Positions 12,758 to 24,712 of a DNA stretch of 53,577 bases are shown here, piece after piece. Source of the DNA: Spirogloea muscicola. Taxonomy: Eukaryota. Numbering within the stretch: the first letter of the stretch is position 1; every line of letters begins with the position of its first letter. The stretch is taken from the NCBI GenBank assembly GCA_009602725.1, contig WELB01000005.1, positions 955,323 to 1,008,899 of the forward strand, written 5' to 3'. The notes under the pieces were generated by a model, which did not search any database, was not told where the DNA came from, and saw only the letters and a program-made list of their open reading frames with translations. Made by a program: the position numbers and the translations under genes.

Positions 12758-15700
12758 CTATTTGCGACCTTTGCCCTTCCGTCTCCTCAAGAATTCAGGA
12801 ACTACATTCTGCCAAGAATCTGCAGTTGACTCACTTTCTAGCCAGCCTCGGCCTCTCAGTGGTTCCTTGTCTAGGTCCTTAGACTGGGGCAACCCTTGAG
12901 TCACTCTTTGCACCAAATCGCTGCACAAGCAGATGCTGCAGTGTGAGTCTCTCGCTCATCACAACCTTGTGTGACACCGCTTGAGAGCATGTGACTTTAA
13001 CAGACTTTTAAACTGCATAATCGCTGCGACAAATCACATTGCACTATCGAGCATTTCCTATAAGTCCTGAAGAGTGCTCAACAGGATAGATAAGACAGCT
13101 ATGACTAACCTGCTCGTCATCTCTCCGCTTGTGCCCTCTTGAAAGCCTGTCGCGATGACAGTCATACGGATCGAGCCCTCACTACTATCATCAATGACAG
13201 CGCCAAATATGACATTCGCGTTTGGGTCCGCCATCTCATAAACAATCTCAGCAGCCTTGTTCAGCTCCAAGAGTGTCAAGTCCTTCCCACCTGTACCCAG
13301 GCAGTGCCCAGAGCTTGTTTGATGGTGAAATATCGTTGCCGACGAAGCGAGCACAGCAGAGCAGCCAATGACATGGGTCGCACCAAATTACGAAACAAAC
13401 CTGTGATATTGTATACAACACCGTTTGGCCTAGCTGGAGCTGTCATCAGAAGTGGTGACATGATAGCAGCTCTAGCAGCTTCTTCGGCCCTGTGCTTGCC
13501 AGAACCGATGCCCACTCCGAGCATGGCACTGCCTGCATTCTGCATGACTGCTCTGACATCCGCAAAGTCCACATTTACAAGCCCAGGTACCGTGATGATA
13601 TCAGAGATCCCCTGCACGACAGTCGGCACAGTATTTTCATGATTTTGCCCATCATGACACGAAGGATAGGCTGTGAGCAAGCTTTCAATCAACACAAAGA
13701 TGGAAAATTTGCACATTGTTGGAGCCAACATGTGCAGGCATATACAAGCAGAATCACCTGGACTCCCTGTCTGAGGACATCATCGGCTAGTCTGAAGGCT
13801 TGCTGGATAGGCGTGTCTTGTGAAACCGCAGACATGAGGCGGTCATTGGGAACCACAACCAGAGTGTCCACGGCTGCCCTCATGGCCTCTACACCCAGCG
13901 CTGCCTCCTGCATCCGCTTCCGGCCCTCAAATGAGAATGGCTCTGTGACAATGCCTATTGTAAGAGCCCCGTTGGCTTTTGCCAGACGAGCCACTGCTGG
14001 ACCTGCATGAGACATCGTGCACGGAGCGCCTCAGTCTTGACAGGCTAGAACGACCCTAACATTGTGTGACGTAACTTGTATGGAAACTGCATACAACGAT
14101 CCAGGTACCCGAGCAGCCATGCAAGACCTGATGCTCTTGGACCAGCAATGTTAAGCAGGCAATGCTGTGCTGCTGGCAAATCTTAGTCTAGGAGTGTCTT
14201 TCTTTACGTCTGAGCCACTGTTCTACCTGCACCAGAGCCTGTCCCACCACCCATGCCAGCGGCCACGAAGACGAGGTCGGCCCCAGCCACTGCCGCTATC
14301 AAGTCATCGAGCGCCTCCCTGGCCCCTTACAAGTTTATCAGAATATAAGTGTGATGCAGCAAATGCTTCCCTCCGCAGGTATCACACAGTGCTGTACGCT
14401 GGCATACTAAGAATGACCGATCTCTGCACACCCTCAGAAGAAGTTTACAAGCAGCAAAAGGAGTAGGTGTGTGCTGGCGGAACAGCTTATGGAGAAGTTA
14501 CGAAACATCATTCACAAACTTCACAATGACTGCACGAGTAGCGGAAAGATGGCTGTTGCCGATATGCAAATGAACCACGACTTGAGGGTGGGAGCCACAA
14601 CAAGGAGGCAGTATATTGGCAAGTCAAAATGAACGTCTCAAGCGCAGAGGATATGTAATTCACCTGGCAGCCTCGTCCCCAACCAAGCTGCTCCCACCTG
14701 TGCCTCTGCCACGAGTAGTCTCACGCCCAATCTGCACCTTGTGGGGTGTAAGGCACTGGTTAAGTGCCTGCAGGTCGGTGTTCACAGCCCAGAACTCTAC
14801 GCCGGTGAGCTCCGACTTGATCATCTGGTTGACAGCGTTGCAGCCACCTCCTCCAACGCCAAAGACCTTGATGAGCGCCCTTCCTGTGCACAGGGAGAAA
14901 CTTACACTCGTTCTGCCGCAAGACAAGAAGCAGTGTCTGGCAGGACGATGGTCCCACGACACAGCCTGCATTGGAGCCAAGCTGAGCACAAAGGACATCT
15001 TTGGGCTGGCTTCTCCCTGTGACTGGCCCCATTAGAAGGGCTGCTTCAATATTAATAGTAATGACGAGAAAGAATGGCATGAAAAGGCTGCGGGGAAAGG
15101 CATGGCGAAAGGGCCAACAACACGGTCCAGGTCGACCAGGATGTACCAATGGAATGAGAGAAGCCTACCTGCCAAGCTCCCCTCATTTGGAGGCCGCCAG
15201 GCCCGGACCTGCGCAGCAGGTGATGAGCGCCCAGCTCCGTCGTCGTCGCGGCAGCCCTCATCAGCTGCAGTACTCGTAAGCCGAGTACCAGGCTCGGTCG
15301 CGGCCACGGGAGCGGCTGCAAGTGCGGCAGCGACGCCAATGTTACGACTGTCAGACGGGAGCGAGATGCACACCTTGACACTCTACAAGGCACAGACTGA
15401 GTGGCCTGTGTCAGTCCTCTGAGGCGCCAGCCCTCCCTTAGAATGCAGCAAAGTGGCCACCTCCTCGTCGTCACGAGTCACGCGACCGCCCTTAATGGAA
15501 GGCAGATTGACGGCATCGACTGAACAAAGTAAAGGCTTGCAACGCCGCCACCGGTGACAGCGAGTGATCACCTGCGCTGGTGTGCAGAGCCTCCGCGATG
15601 ATGGCGTGGCTGTGCCATGCCGGCAGTCGCGCCCGCCCGGGACGGCGCTGCGGCGCGGCCAAGCGAGCGCCGAGGTGGCCTGGCAAGGCCCGACTGAGCA

Positions 15701-15867
15701 GCGTCCACGACAGCGGCAGTGGGAAGGCGCAGCGAGTCAGCTTGACGGACCCTTCATGGGCCACCGCACTCCGCGGCGCGGCCAGCTGCGCCTGCGGCGG
15801 CGGCGGTGGCGGGCGCCGCGAGAGGCCCGCGCCGTGGAGCGCGGANGCGGCTGCGCGGCGCGGCCAT
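12758..15867 (-). CDS. ftsZ: Plastid division GTPase FtsZ, probably FtsZ3 clade; 5' transit-peptide exons approximate and interrupted by the N at 15846
   Basis: [27 protein letters not shown] (~14660-14880); tubulin signature [11 protein letters not shown] (~14226-14318); [69 protein letters not shown]; last exon ends [15 protein letters not shown] (stop 12758-12760). Confidence 0.93.
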
Positions 15868-15964
15868 GGATGGCCAGACGGGACAGGCGTTGCGTGCGGG
15901 ACGTGACGAATGCGGCTAGGAGAAAGAAATAAAGGAAAACGAAACAGCTCTTCCAATTTAGATG

Positions 15965-16060
15965 CAGTGGCTGAGAGAGGGCAGCCCAATGGAGTGTATG
16001 CCAATTAGAAATTGGAAGAAAGTGGCTCTGCCAAATGGGGCGAGGGCTGTGAGAAGCCAT
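15965..16060. repeat. Short copy of the modular repeat core between the divergent ftsZ and CPBP genes
   Basis: The reverse complement reads tggcttctcacagccctcgccccatttggcagagccactttcttc, which is the family core. Confidence 0.75.
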
Positions 16061-16252
16061 TTGCCTTTCCCAGAGGGAGTGGGTGTGTGGGGCCGGGGGC
16101 GAGACTCTCCGGGAAAAATCCGCGAATCCTTCGTTCCACCCTGCAGTACGTAAAATCTCTCATTCAGCATATTACATCGACTGAGCCCCGGCGCCCAGAG
16201 GTGACACCAGCTCCGCCTATCTGTATACCAACGAATGCGCGCCCCGCTTTCC

Positions 16253-16286
<34 letters not shown>

Positions 16287-16305
16287 AGGCCAGGGCAGCG
16301 CGGAG

Positions 16306-16341
16306 CTAGGTTTCAGGATTTAAGGTTTAGGGAGTAGGGGT
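16306..16341. promoter_or_regulatory. Degenerate telomere-like (TTTAGGG/telo-box-like) tract upstream of the CPBP gene
   Basis: taggtttcaggatttaaggtttagggagtaggggt contains one perfect TTTAGGG and degenerate neighbours, about 80-110 bp before ATG 16417. Confidence 0.3.
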
Positions 16342-16416
16342 CTCCGGCGCCGATTGGCGGCGGCGAGTAGCTGAGGCTCGCGGGCGACTGACTGGGCGTC
16401 GCCCGCCGAGGCCGCC

Positions 16417-18257
16417 ATGGCCTGCGCCGTGAGGGCCGGCAGCCCTCTCCTAGCCGGCTGCGGCAGCGGGGGCCTCAGGCGACCGTCGCTGCGGTCCTGC
16501 TGCGGACGGGCGCCGCTGCCGTCGAGGCGCTGGCCGGAGGCAACGGCGGAGGTCTCCTCGGCATCGGCTCGGGCGGCCCGGCGCTGTTCGAAGAGCTCCG
16601 CCGCATGCGGGCGCAGGGCCGTCGTGGCGGCAGCCAGGCAGCGGAGGCGAGCCCCGCCTGGGCCTCCCGGGCCGTCGCTGCCGCCGGCACCTCTGCCCAC
16701 GCCGCCGCCATTGCCGCCGGCGAGCTCGGGCCTGGGCGAGGGAGCACCCCAGCTCGGAGCGGGCAGCGGCGGCTCGTCGCCTCCGCCACTGTCGACGCCC
16801 TCGGCAGGCAGGGCTGATGTCTTCCGGGCCTGTGCTGTCACGTCAGCAGCTCTTGCCGGCGCCGGCGAGCTCGCAAGGCAGGTCTGGGCCCTGCCGTCGT
16901 CTCCAGCGCCGCCTCACCGCTTGGAGCGCAGTTGAACGCTGCACCTGCGTGGCTCTTGGATTGGTTGCTGCAAATGGTCTTGGGTTTGCTGGTACGGACG
17001 AGAACCTGACTGCTATTCCGAACGCCGGTGCTCTGCTGAGGGGGCCGCAGGCATCACACTGGGCGGCAGCGTCGCATCTCCCGGTGAACGACTGCACTGC
17101 ACTCATGCCCTGTGAGGCAGACTCGTCACAACCCTCATTGGGTGGCTGCTTCGAATGGGTTACCTCGCCTCCACCGCTCTCCTTGGCTGACACAGCGGCG
17201 TTCCAATTTCGCAGACAATGGCGAGTTGTGGCACGTTCCAGCGGCTGCAACACTCGCGCTCGGCGTCACCTGCTTACGCTTGGTGAACTTGAAGCTCTCG
17301 CCTGCATTCGCCCAGGCCTCTGCAACCTCCAACCAGCAGGTGAGCTCGCCATGGTGGCCCAAAAAAGCCAAGGCCCAAATACAGATGCCTGTGCTGCCAG
17401 ACCACGATGCAAATGCACCTTGTCGGCAGACAGCCGACTCCTCTCAGCCTCCCCATTGTGTTTTTATACTCGCAACCAGGTGCTGAGTCTGTTGGAACCT
17501 ATAGACTACGTCTGGCTGGCGGGGTTCTCGGGTTTTAGCGAGGTAAGTTGCACGGCCTTAAGACAAGTAGGGACCGGCAGCAGATAGGTCAACTGCTGGT
17601 TGTATATCTAGCTCCTCTGACGCAGATCTAATGAGAGTCCTTATTTGCTGGGGCTTGATGTAGTGCGAGCATGCAAGTGCAATGACTTGCTCGACCATCT
17701 TGAGGTCTAGTTAAAGTTGACATTTTCCTTGCCAGGAGCTGCTGTTTCGAGGTGCTCTGCTCCCACTGGTGGCGCCGGACTGGGCTGGTGCGGCCATATC
17801 CGGCGCCGTCTTTGGGGCTCTCCACTTTGGCGGAGGAAGAAATGCTGAGTTTGCCCTCTGGTGCCCAACATAGCTCTAAGCCACATTCTGTACCCAATGT
17901 CTCGATCTCTAGCCCTTGACCAAACGAGCAATCCGCTTTGTATCGTCTGTCGATCCTCCTTGCCCAGGCGTCCTGATTCTTGCTGCATTTGTGTACGCTC
18001 TCAGTGCAAGGTCTACTTTCACCTTGCCAATCAATATCACTCCTTATGTCAACATACATTGTCCCAAGTTCGAGCTGACCAAGCATTGGGTGGCACACTC
18101 CCGCAGGGCAAGCTTCATAGGATTTCTTTATGGTGCAGCAGCCCTGGCAACGTCTGACTTGACTGTCCCCATGGTTGCTCACACTCTTGCCAATCTGGCC
18201 GCCGCTGCCCTCTGGAGGCTTCAGAGCAGCTCAACGAAGACACCTCCCATGCTCTAG
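16417..18257 (+). CDS. CPBP/Abi (type II CAAX) intramembrane protease, probably plastid-targeted
   Basis: Arg/Ala/Ser-rich transit-like N-terminus. Catalytic motifs are GFSE|ELLFRG (EExxxR, split by an intron at ~17542/17736), VFGALH (FxxxH) and PMVAHTLAN (HxxxN). Stop at 18257. Confidence 0.88.
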
Positions 18258-18605
18258 TTCATCACCCCACTGTCATATACTCTTGACCCTCTCTCGGACG
18301 CTCTAGAGTTGTAGAGCGACATCATATTCTTTCTACATACACATGGCAGGTTATGGCCTTGACAGAATTGCTAAAGCTTTGGTCAATCACAAGCAGCAAG
18401 TGGTTCTGACACATCAAGCATAATAGGCAAGCGCACGTCAGAGCAGTGTGACTTCTCCCTTATGAAGGCTGCAGTTCAGAAGTTCCAGATTATGCTGAGA
18501 CGCTTTCAAAGCAATCCAGTCATTGTCTGGTTCCTCGGGTGCAATCTGACCAGATTGCCCATCACTCAGTCAAAGCCCGGCAAAGCTTCCAACAAAATCA
18601 CACAC

Positions 18606-21600
18606 TTACTCGTCCACCTCCGCAGCGACTTCCTTGATGAGCTCCGCCTTGAACTCCTCGAAGCTGCCAGGGTAGCTTGTTATCGTCCCATTGTCGACCA
18701 CCCAAATTTGACTCCGCTCCTCATCTTCGCACACTCTGTAGAAGCATCAAGCATCACTTGCAGACTGTCTCATACTCTAACACAGCAAGCAGCAAGCAGC
18801 CTGGAGCACAAACCCGTCACACTTTACTGTGATCCAGCTTATGCGAGCAGCGCTGAATTTTGTACATCGCCAAAGATCTAAATGGAGTCATCACTTTGCT
18901 GGGCAGGGCGGGAGCATTCTACCTAGAAATAAGACGGGAGTCGTGGCTGACAAGGACAACACCACCCGTGAACTCATCCAACGCGTCAGCCAAGGCATCA
19001 ATACTCTGCACATAGGCGAGCTCAGTGAGAGCCACGAGATAACAAGCAACTAGTCCCCCACTAATAAGTGAATAAAGCTTAATGCAGGATATTCCACGTA
19101 GCAGCTTAGATTGCTAGCTTCACCTGCATGTCAAGATGATTAGTTGGCTCGTCAAGCAGGAGAATGTGGGGCCGAGCCATGGAGATGGAGGTGAACACAA
19201 CGCGCGCCTTCTGGCCCCCAGAAAGCTTGACGATCGGAGTGAGGTGGTTGTGACTGGGCAATCCGAATTTGCCGAGCTTCGCTCGCACGGCTTCCTGCTT
19301 GCTGGGACCCTCCTGGTCAGGGTACAGGCGCAGCAAGTACTGGACCGGCGTCTCGTCGAAGGTCAGGAGGTCGACGAAATGCTGCCCACAGCGTGCACAG
19401 TGCCACGAGTGATGAGAGTGCCAAGGATAATCTGCATGCAGCACCTGGTTGCAATTATTGCACAAATTACTGAACTACCAACCTTGATCAAGACACAACC
19501 GTATCCACGGTCACAAGAGTGTGTCTTGGTCACCTGTGAGTAACGCCCTATTCTCAGCTTCTGGCTTTGCCGGGACTCTCCTTCCGTAGGTTGCAAGTCG
19601 CCTGCGAGTAGGTTGAGGAGCGTAGACTTCCCCGCACCATTGGGCCCAACGATGGCCACTCGCGTGCCCATGTCAACGCCAAGGTCGATGCCTTTGAGGC
19701 CAAAGTCGGGCCGCCCAGGATAGGCAAATGCAACGTCCTTGAGCTGGAGGAGCGGTGGTGTAAGCTCTGTCGGCTCTGGGAAGTGGAATTCCACGCTGCA
19801 TCAGGGGGCACCCAAGCTTCGAATCACTCAGATGCCCTTTGCTGCACACTGGACCATACGCACCTGACCAAGCCAGAGCACCCAGGAGATGGCAACTTTG
19901 CATCAAGCAATGGCTTGCACCCAGCTATTGACAAAATCTGGCAATGTGTGACTTTGTGTGGCTTTGTGGACACTATGTATAGGGCGCTATATGCTCACGT
20001 CAGTCTAGCAAAGAGGGCAGCAAGATCTTGTACGACCGGCGCTGCTCACCTGTAATCGCGCCACCTGCGAGGGGCCTCCCTCGGCTCCTCGTCCTCCTCG
20101 GCAGCTGCACTCCTGCCTTTTCCCTTGCTCTTTGCCTCCTTAGCCGCGTTGAATTTGGCCCGGTCCTTCACTTTGTCCTGCACCGCTTTGCTGCCCGACT
20201 TCTTCGCAGCCCTCATCTGCTTCTCGTATGTCTCGAATTTCTTATTGTTCTCTCGTCTTTTCTGCTCGTACATGTCCTCAAACGCCTCAAAATTGCCCTG
20301 GTCACGAGGACAACCAATGGCAGAAATTTATGCATCAACATCGCCCTCAGATCATTCCTGCACAGCTCTCCTCATGCAATCTAGGGGATCTAAGCAATTT
20401 GCTTGAGTTGCCCAATGCTCGCCAGAGTGCCTTGGAGAGGTCCTTCCAGTCCAATAGTGGACTTGTCTCCACCTTGTAAAACTGGAGCTTTTCATCATGG
20501 AGGTGAATGATGTCAGTGCAGACAGAGTTGAGGAAGTCTCGGTCATGGGACACAACGATGAGCGTCTTCTTCCAGCGCATGAGGTACTCCTCCAACCACA
20601 CAACTGCCCGCAGGTCAAGGTGATTGGTAGGCTCGTCCAGCAGGAGCAGCGTCGGCTGCACATATAGGGCGCGCGCCAGCGAGATGCGCATCCGCCAGCC
20701 TCCGCTGAAGGACTTTGTTGGCCGGGCCTGCAAGAGACAGCGCCATAAAGGACAGTGTGATCTTCATCCTCTCTTTCATTCAAGAGTGGAAATTGACTGC
20801 CCTAAAAAGGATGGGTGCAATCACATGCAGCTATGACTAGAGAGAGAGCAAGTACTGATGCGGAAAACCCCTGGAAGTTACCTGCATGTCTTTGCTGAAG
20901 CCCAGGCCTGCGAGAATCTTGGAGGCACGGGCCTCGGCGGCCTCAGCGCCAATTTCTCTCATCTGCTCATAGACGGCGGCAAGCTTCTCGCCGGCGCTCG
21001 CTACTTCGGCATCCACTGCCTCTAGCTTACTTCCTACCGGCTCCTTGGCCATGCCATTCCTGTAGTCGCCATCCTCTTCCTCCTCTGTCTCAGAATTCTG
21101 CTCACTTTGATCCTCATGGACATTTGACCGCAGGTTGCCATTGGCACTGCCGCTGACAACAGTGCCACTGCTGCCACTAGTAGCGCCATCCGCCCCATTG
21201 ACGTCCCTCTCAGCGAGCTCCCGCAGCCTGGCCTCCTCAGCCCGCAGCCGCATGAGCTCCTCGTCGGCCGACACGACGGCCGCCAGCGCCGCGCAGTCGT
21301 CGCCCACGACCTCCTGCTCCACCAGGAGCACGTCAATGTTCCGGGGCACGGGGATCTGGCGCCGCGCCAAGAGCTTCATGAGCGTCGACTTGCCCTTGCC
21401 GTTGGGGCCCACCAGACCGTACCTTCGCCCGTGCACAATGGTCAGCGACGCGTTCCGGAACAGCTCCTTGCCCCTTGCTGACACTGAGAAGTTCTCAACC
21501 TGCGGCACGCAGAGGACGTGGCACTGTCACGATGAGCAATGTAAGACAACCACCAGAAAGCCCTCAATGACCTCTCGAACCTTAAGTATCAGAGACGGCT

Positions 21601-22494
21601 TCTGTCTGGAGGTCACAGACCAGCAAAGCAGCATTGTTGGCCGACAAAGACACAGTCTCCAGCTTGGTTAAGCCCTCAGCCCTCAATTGCTGACTTGTGA
21701 GCAAGCAAGCATGTCTTAACGTGACTGCGGCTCTCAAACCACTCGCTCGAAGCACTCGCTCAGCACGTCAGCAAGCATGCCAGCAGCTCGATGGCCGCCG
21801 GGAAGCGGCCTGGCTGCCAGCAGCCACAGCGAGCTAGACCTCCGCACGGACATCGCAGAACGACGGCCAGGAAAGGCGGCGGGCTCGCCTTGATGTCGCG
21901 GGCGCCGCCGGCGCCAGTGGCGGCGGCGCCGTCGGCGTCGTCGGCCTCGAGTGCCGAGGAGCGGGCGCCGAGGACGACCGAGAAGGCGCTGGTGTCGTCG
22001 TCGCGCAGCGCCTCCTCGCGCGCGGCCTCGTGCGCCTGCGCCGCCGCCTGGTCCTTCTTCTCCCGCTTCCGCAGCTCTCGCTCCGTCACGACGCCCAGCG
22101 CCGCACCTCCGCCGCCGCCGCCGCCGCCGCCACACCCCTGTCGCCTGCACTGTCCGAGTCCGACATCTCCTCGCACTCGAACTCCACGCCTCCTTCCCCG
22201 AACTCCGTGCCCGACGACCCCAGCCGCCCGCCACTGGCAGACGCCAACAGGACCTGCTGCTGCGCGGAGNTTTTTTTTTTTTTTTTTTTTTTNNNNNNNN
22301 NNNNNNNNNNNNNNNNNNNNNNNNNNNNNNNNNNNNNNNNNNNNNNNNTCCGCCGCCGCGGCCGCGCGCGCTGCGCCGCCCGGCGCGGGCTTCGCCGGGC
22401 CGTCGTCCAGCGAGATGCTGGCGACGGTGATGCGCCGCGCCTCCTTCTTGGCCTTGGCCACCGCCGCCGCCGGCGGCTCGGCCTTGCGCGGCAT
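18606..22494 (-). CDS. ABCF4: ABC-F family soluble ATPase (plant ABCF4-like; two ABC domains)
   Basis: Walker A GPNGKGKS and GPNGAGKS; signatures FSGGWRMR and LSGGQKAR; two [11 protein letters not shown] motifs; VSHD H-loops. The C-terminus [29 protein letters not shown] (stop 18606-18608) resembles plant ABCF4. The first exon spans a gap. Confidence 0.95.
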
Positions 22495-22679
22495 GGCCGG
22501 CCCCCGCGGCGGACTCGTGGGGGCTCACTGTGTGCGGCGCTTTTGGCTTGGGCAGTTGTGGGGCCGATGCGACGAGCGTCTGGAGACGGCACCGAGTGGT
22601 TTTACCCATCCGCCGGACGCTTCGGCATGAACGAGGGAGGGAACGCGAGGGGCGCGGCTACGATTGTCTGCCTGCATTG

Positions 22680-24451
22680 AGAAGAAGCTGCACTTCCATA
22701 AGGGGGCAAGGGCTGTGAAAAGCATAAGTACAAGGACCACCCGGCGGGGTGCAGCACTTCCTGGAGGCTCGGTGCCTTTGGGTCTTGTGTCCTGCTACCG
22801 CATGCGATTGTCTATGTCCCTCCAGCGCTCCCAAGCGCTTGCTTTGCACCGCCGCGCCGGTCGCGCCCTTGCAGCAGCCTCTGGCTTGCGCAGCGGGGTT
22901 GCTCTTCCTCCCCTCAGCTCATCTGACTTCCTACTGCTGACCCGGGGGGTACTAAGAGCGCCCTGTCTGCCTAGCCTGTGGCTCCGTCAACAACACCTGT
23001 ATGCATCTGGCTGGCTTTCACAGCCGCTCTTTCAATATCAGCAGCCGCTTCTAGAAAAGCAACAGCTCTTTCCCGAACCCTTTGAGATGTGCTCATCCTT
23101 GCTGGGCTATCATCCTATCGTTTGCGCTTGTCCGTCTCCCTCCAGCGGTCCATGGCTCACGCCTTGCATCTGCGTGCTGGCCGTGCTCTCGCTGCGGCCT
23201 CCGGCTTTCGTCAGGGGGATAGTTTTCCGGCAGCTAGTCTGTCGGATGTGAGGCTCCTTACTCGTAAGTACTGAGTATTCCATCCTCCCCCCTTCAGGCC
23301 CCACAGTCGCTGCTTAGCTCGTAGTTTGGCCCCTTCGAACCTTGTCAATTCTTTTCGGGCTGGCTTCTCACAGCCCTTGCCCCCATTGGGAGACCCACTT
23401 CTTTCATCTCTGCAGTGTTTTGTAGTGTAGTCCTTTTTCCGGCTCCTCTTTCTTTGGCTTTGGACATTGTCCATTCTTTTTTGGGCTGGCTTTGCCAGCC
23501 CCTCTTCTCTATGGGAACGCACTTCTCTCGCTGCAAGGGCGCGACCGGAGCGGCGGTGCAAAGCAAGCACTTGGGAGCGATGGAGGGACATAGACAATCG
23601 CATGCGGTAGCAGGACACAAGACCCAAAAGGCACCGAGCCTCCAGGAAGTGCTGCACCCTGTTCCCGGCGCCGCTGGTCAGCTTGAAAGAGAGAGAAAAG
23701 AGAGAGCCACTTTCTCGTCAGCAAGTGCTCACTCGCGGGTGCTGAGCTTCCCTTTGCATCGTCTTGTGTTTTGTAATGTTTTGAGGTGTAGTCCTTTTTC
23801 GGCACCTCTTTCTTTGGCTTTGGACATTGTCCGTTCTTTTTGGGCTGGCTTTGCCAGCCCCTCTTCTCTATGGACGAGCACTTTCTTTCTGATCGGACAA
23901 GCCAACCCCACAAAGGAAAAAAGAATAAGGTTTGAAGGCGCAGGTGAGCATGAAGAGCAGCAAAAAAGCTCTTCCGGTTAATGGCAATGACTGTAAGACC
24001 AGCCCAGGGTACAAGGTCCAAGCAGGCAGTAAGGATGCCACTGGTTCCGCAACTGGCAGCTCGCTTGAGCGGGAGACGAGTGGAGCGGTCTTCCTGGTTA
24101 TCCATTTGGGAGAGCCAATTCTCTTTGGGCTGGCTTTTCACAGCCATTGCCTTACACTGGAAGAGCAGTTTCTTCTTCTCACGGCCATTGCCTTACATGG
24201 AAAAGCTGTTACTTCCTCGTTGCTGGCGGCCTGCCACACTTATCATTCCTTACTTTGTTCTTGCTCCCTGGGCTAGCCAATCACAGCCATCGCCTTCTAC
24301 TGGCAAAGTCTTCCTTCTTGAGATTACAGAGAGTCCCCTTGCTGCCGTCTTGGCACTTAGTACCTTGCTTTCTGCGCCATCCGGCTCTTTCAGACCTTGT
24401 CCATCACGTTGGGCTGGCCTCTCCTAGCCACCAGTCAACTTGGCCGCGCTT
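22680..24451. repeat. Composite block of the dispersed modular repeat family, with an internal ~129-bp inverted repeat and an ~88-bp direct duplication
   Basis: 22747-22875 is the reverse complement of 23530-23659; 23425-23513 is repeated at 23786-23873; 23296-23402 matches 619-729; 24322-24451 is the reverse complement of 11816-11932. Confidence 0.9.
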
Positions 24452-24712
24452 TCTTCGCGTGGTCGCGGCGGCACTGGCGAGGGGCCTGCCAGCAGCAGCC
24501 GGAGCGCAGCCGACGCGGGGCTCGCCCAGCGTCAAGGCCCAGCCACGATCCGTCACATCGCAGATCTGCTCGCCGGCGCACGTGGTAGCATTCGGCGAAG
24601 GGCAAGCCAGCCGTTGGCCGGCGCGTCAACATGACATTCGAAGTTACAAACCAAGAGGCCGTTTTGTGGTGGCCCTGCACCGTCCCCCCCCCCCACATCG
24701 CCAGAGGCCGCG

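Noticed and set aside
22271..22292. Poly-T run read as poly-Lys in ABCF4 or as a retroposon tail
   Set aside because: It is flanked by Ns on both sides and is most likely a sequencing or gap-filling artefact.
22664..24427. Similar short peptides recurring in ORFs (ALHLRAGRALAAASGFRQG, KGCEKPARKELTRFEGA)
   Set aside because: They are translations of the DNA repeat in inconsistent frames with stops; there is no evidence of a coding gene family.
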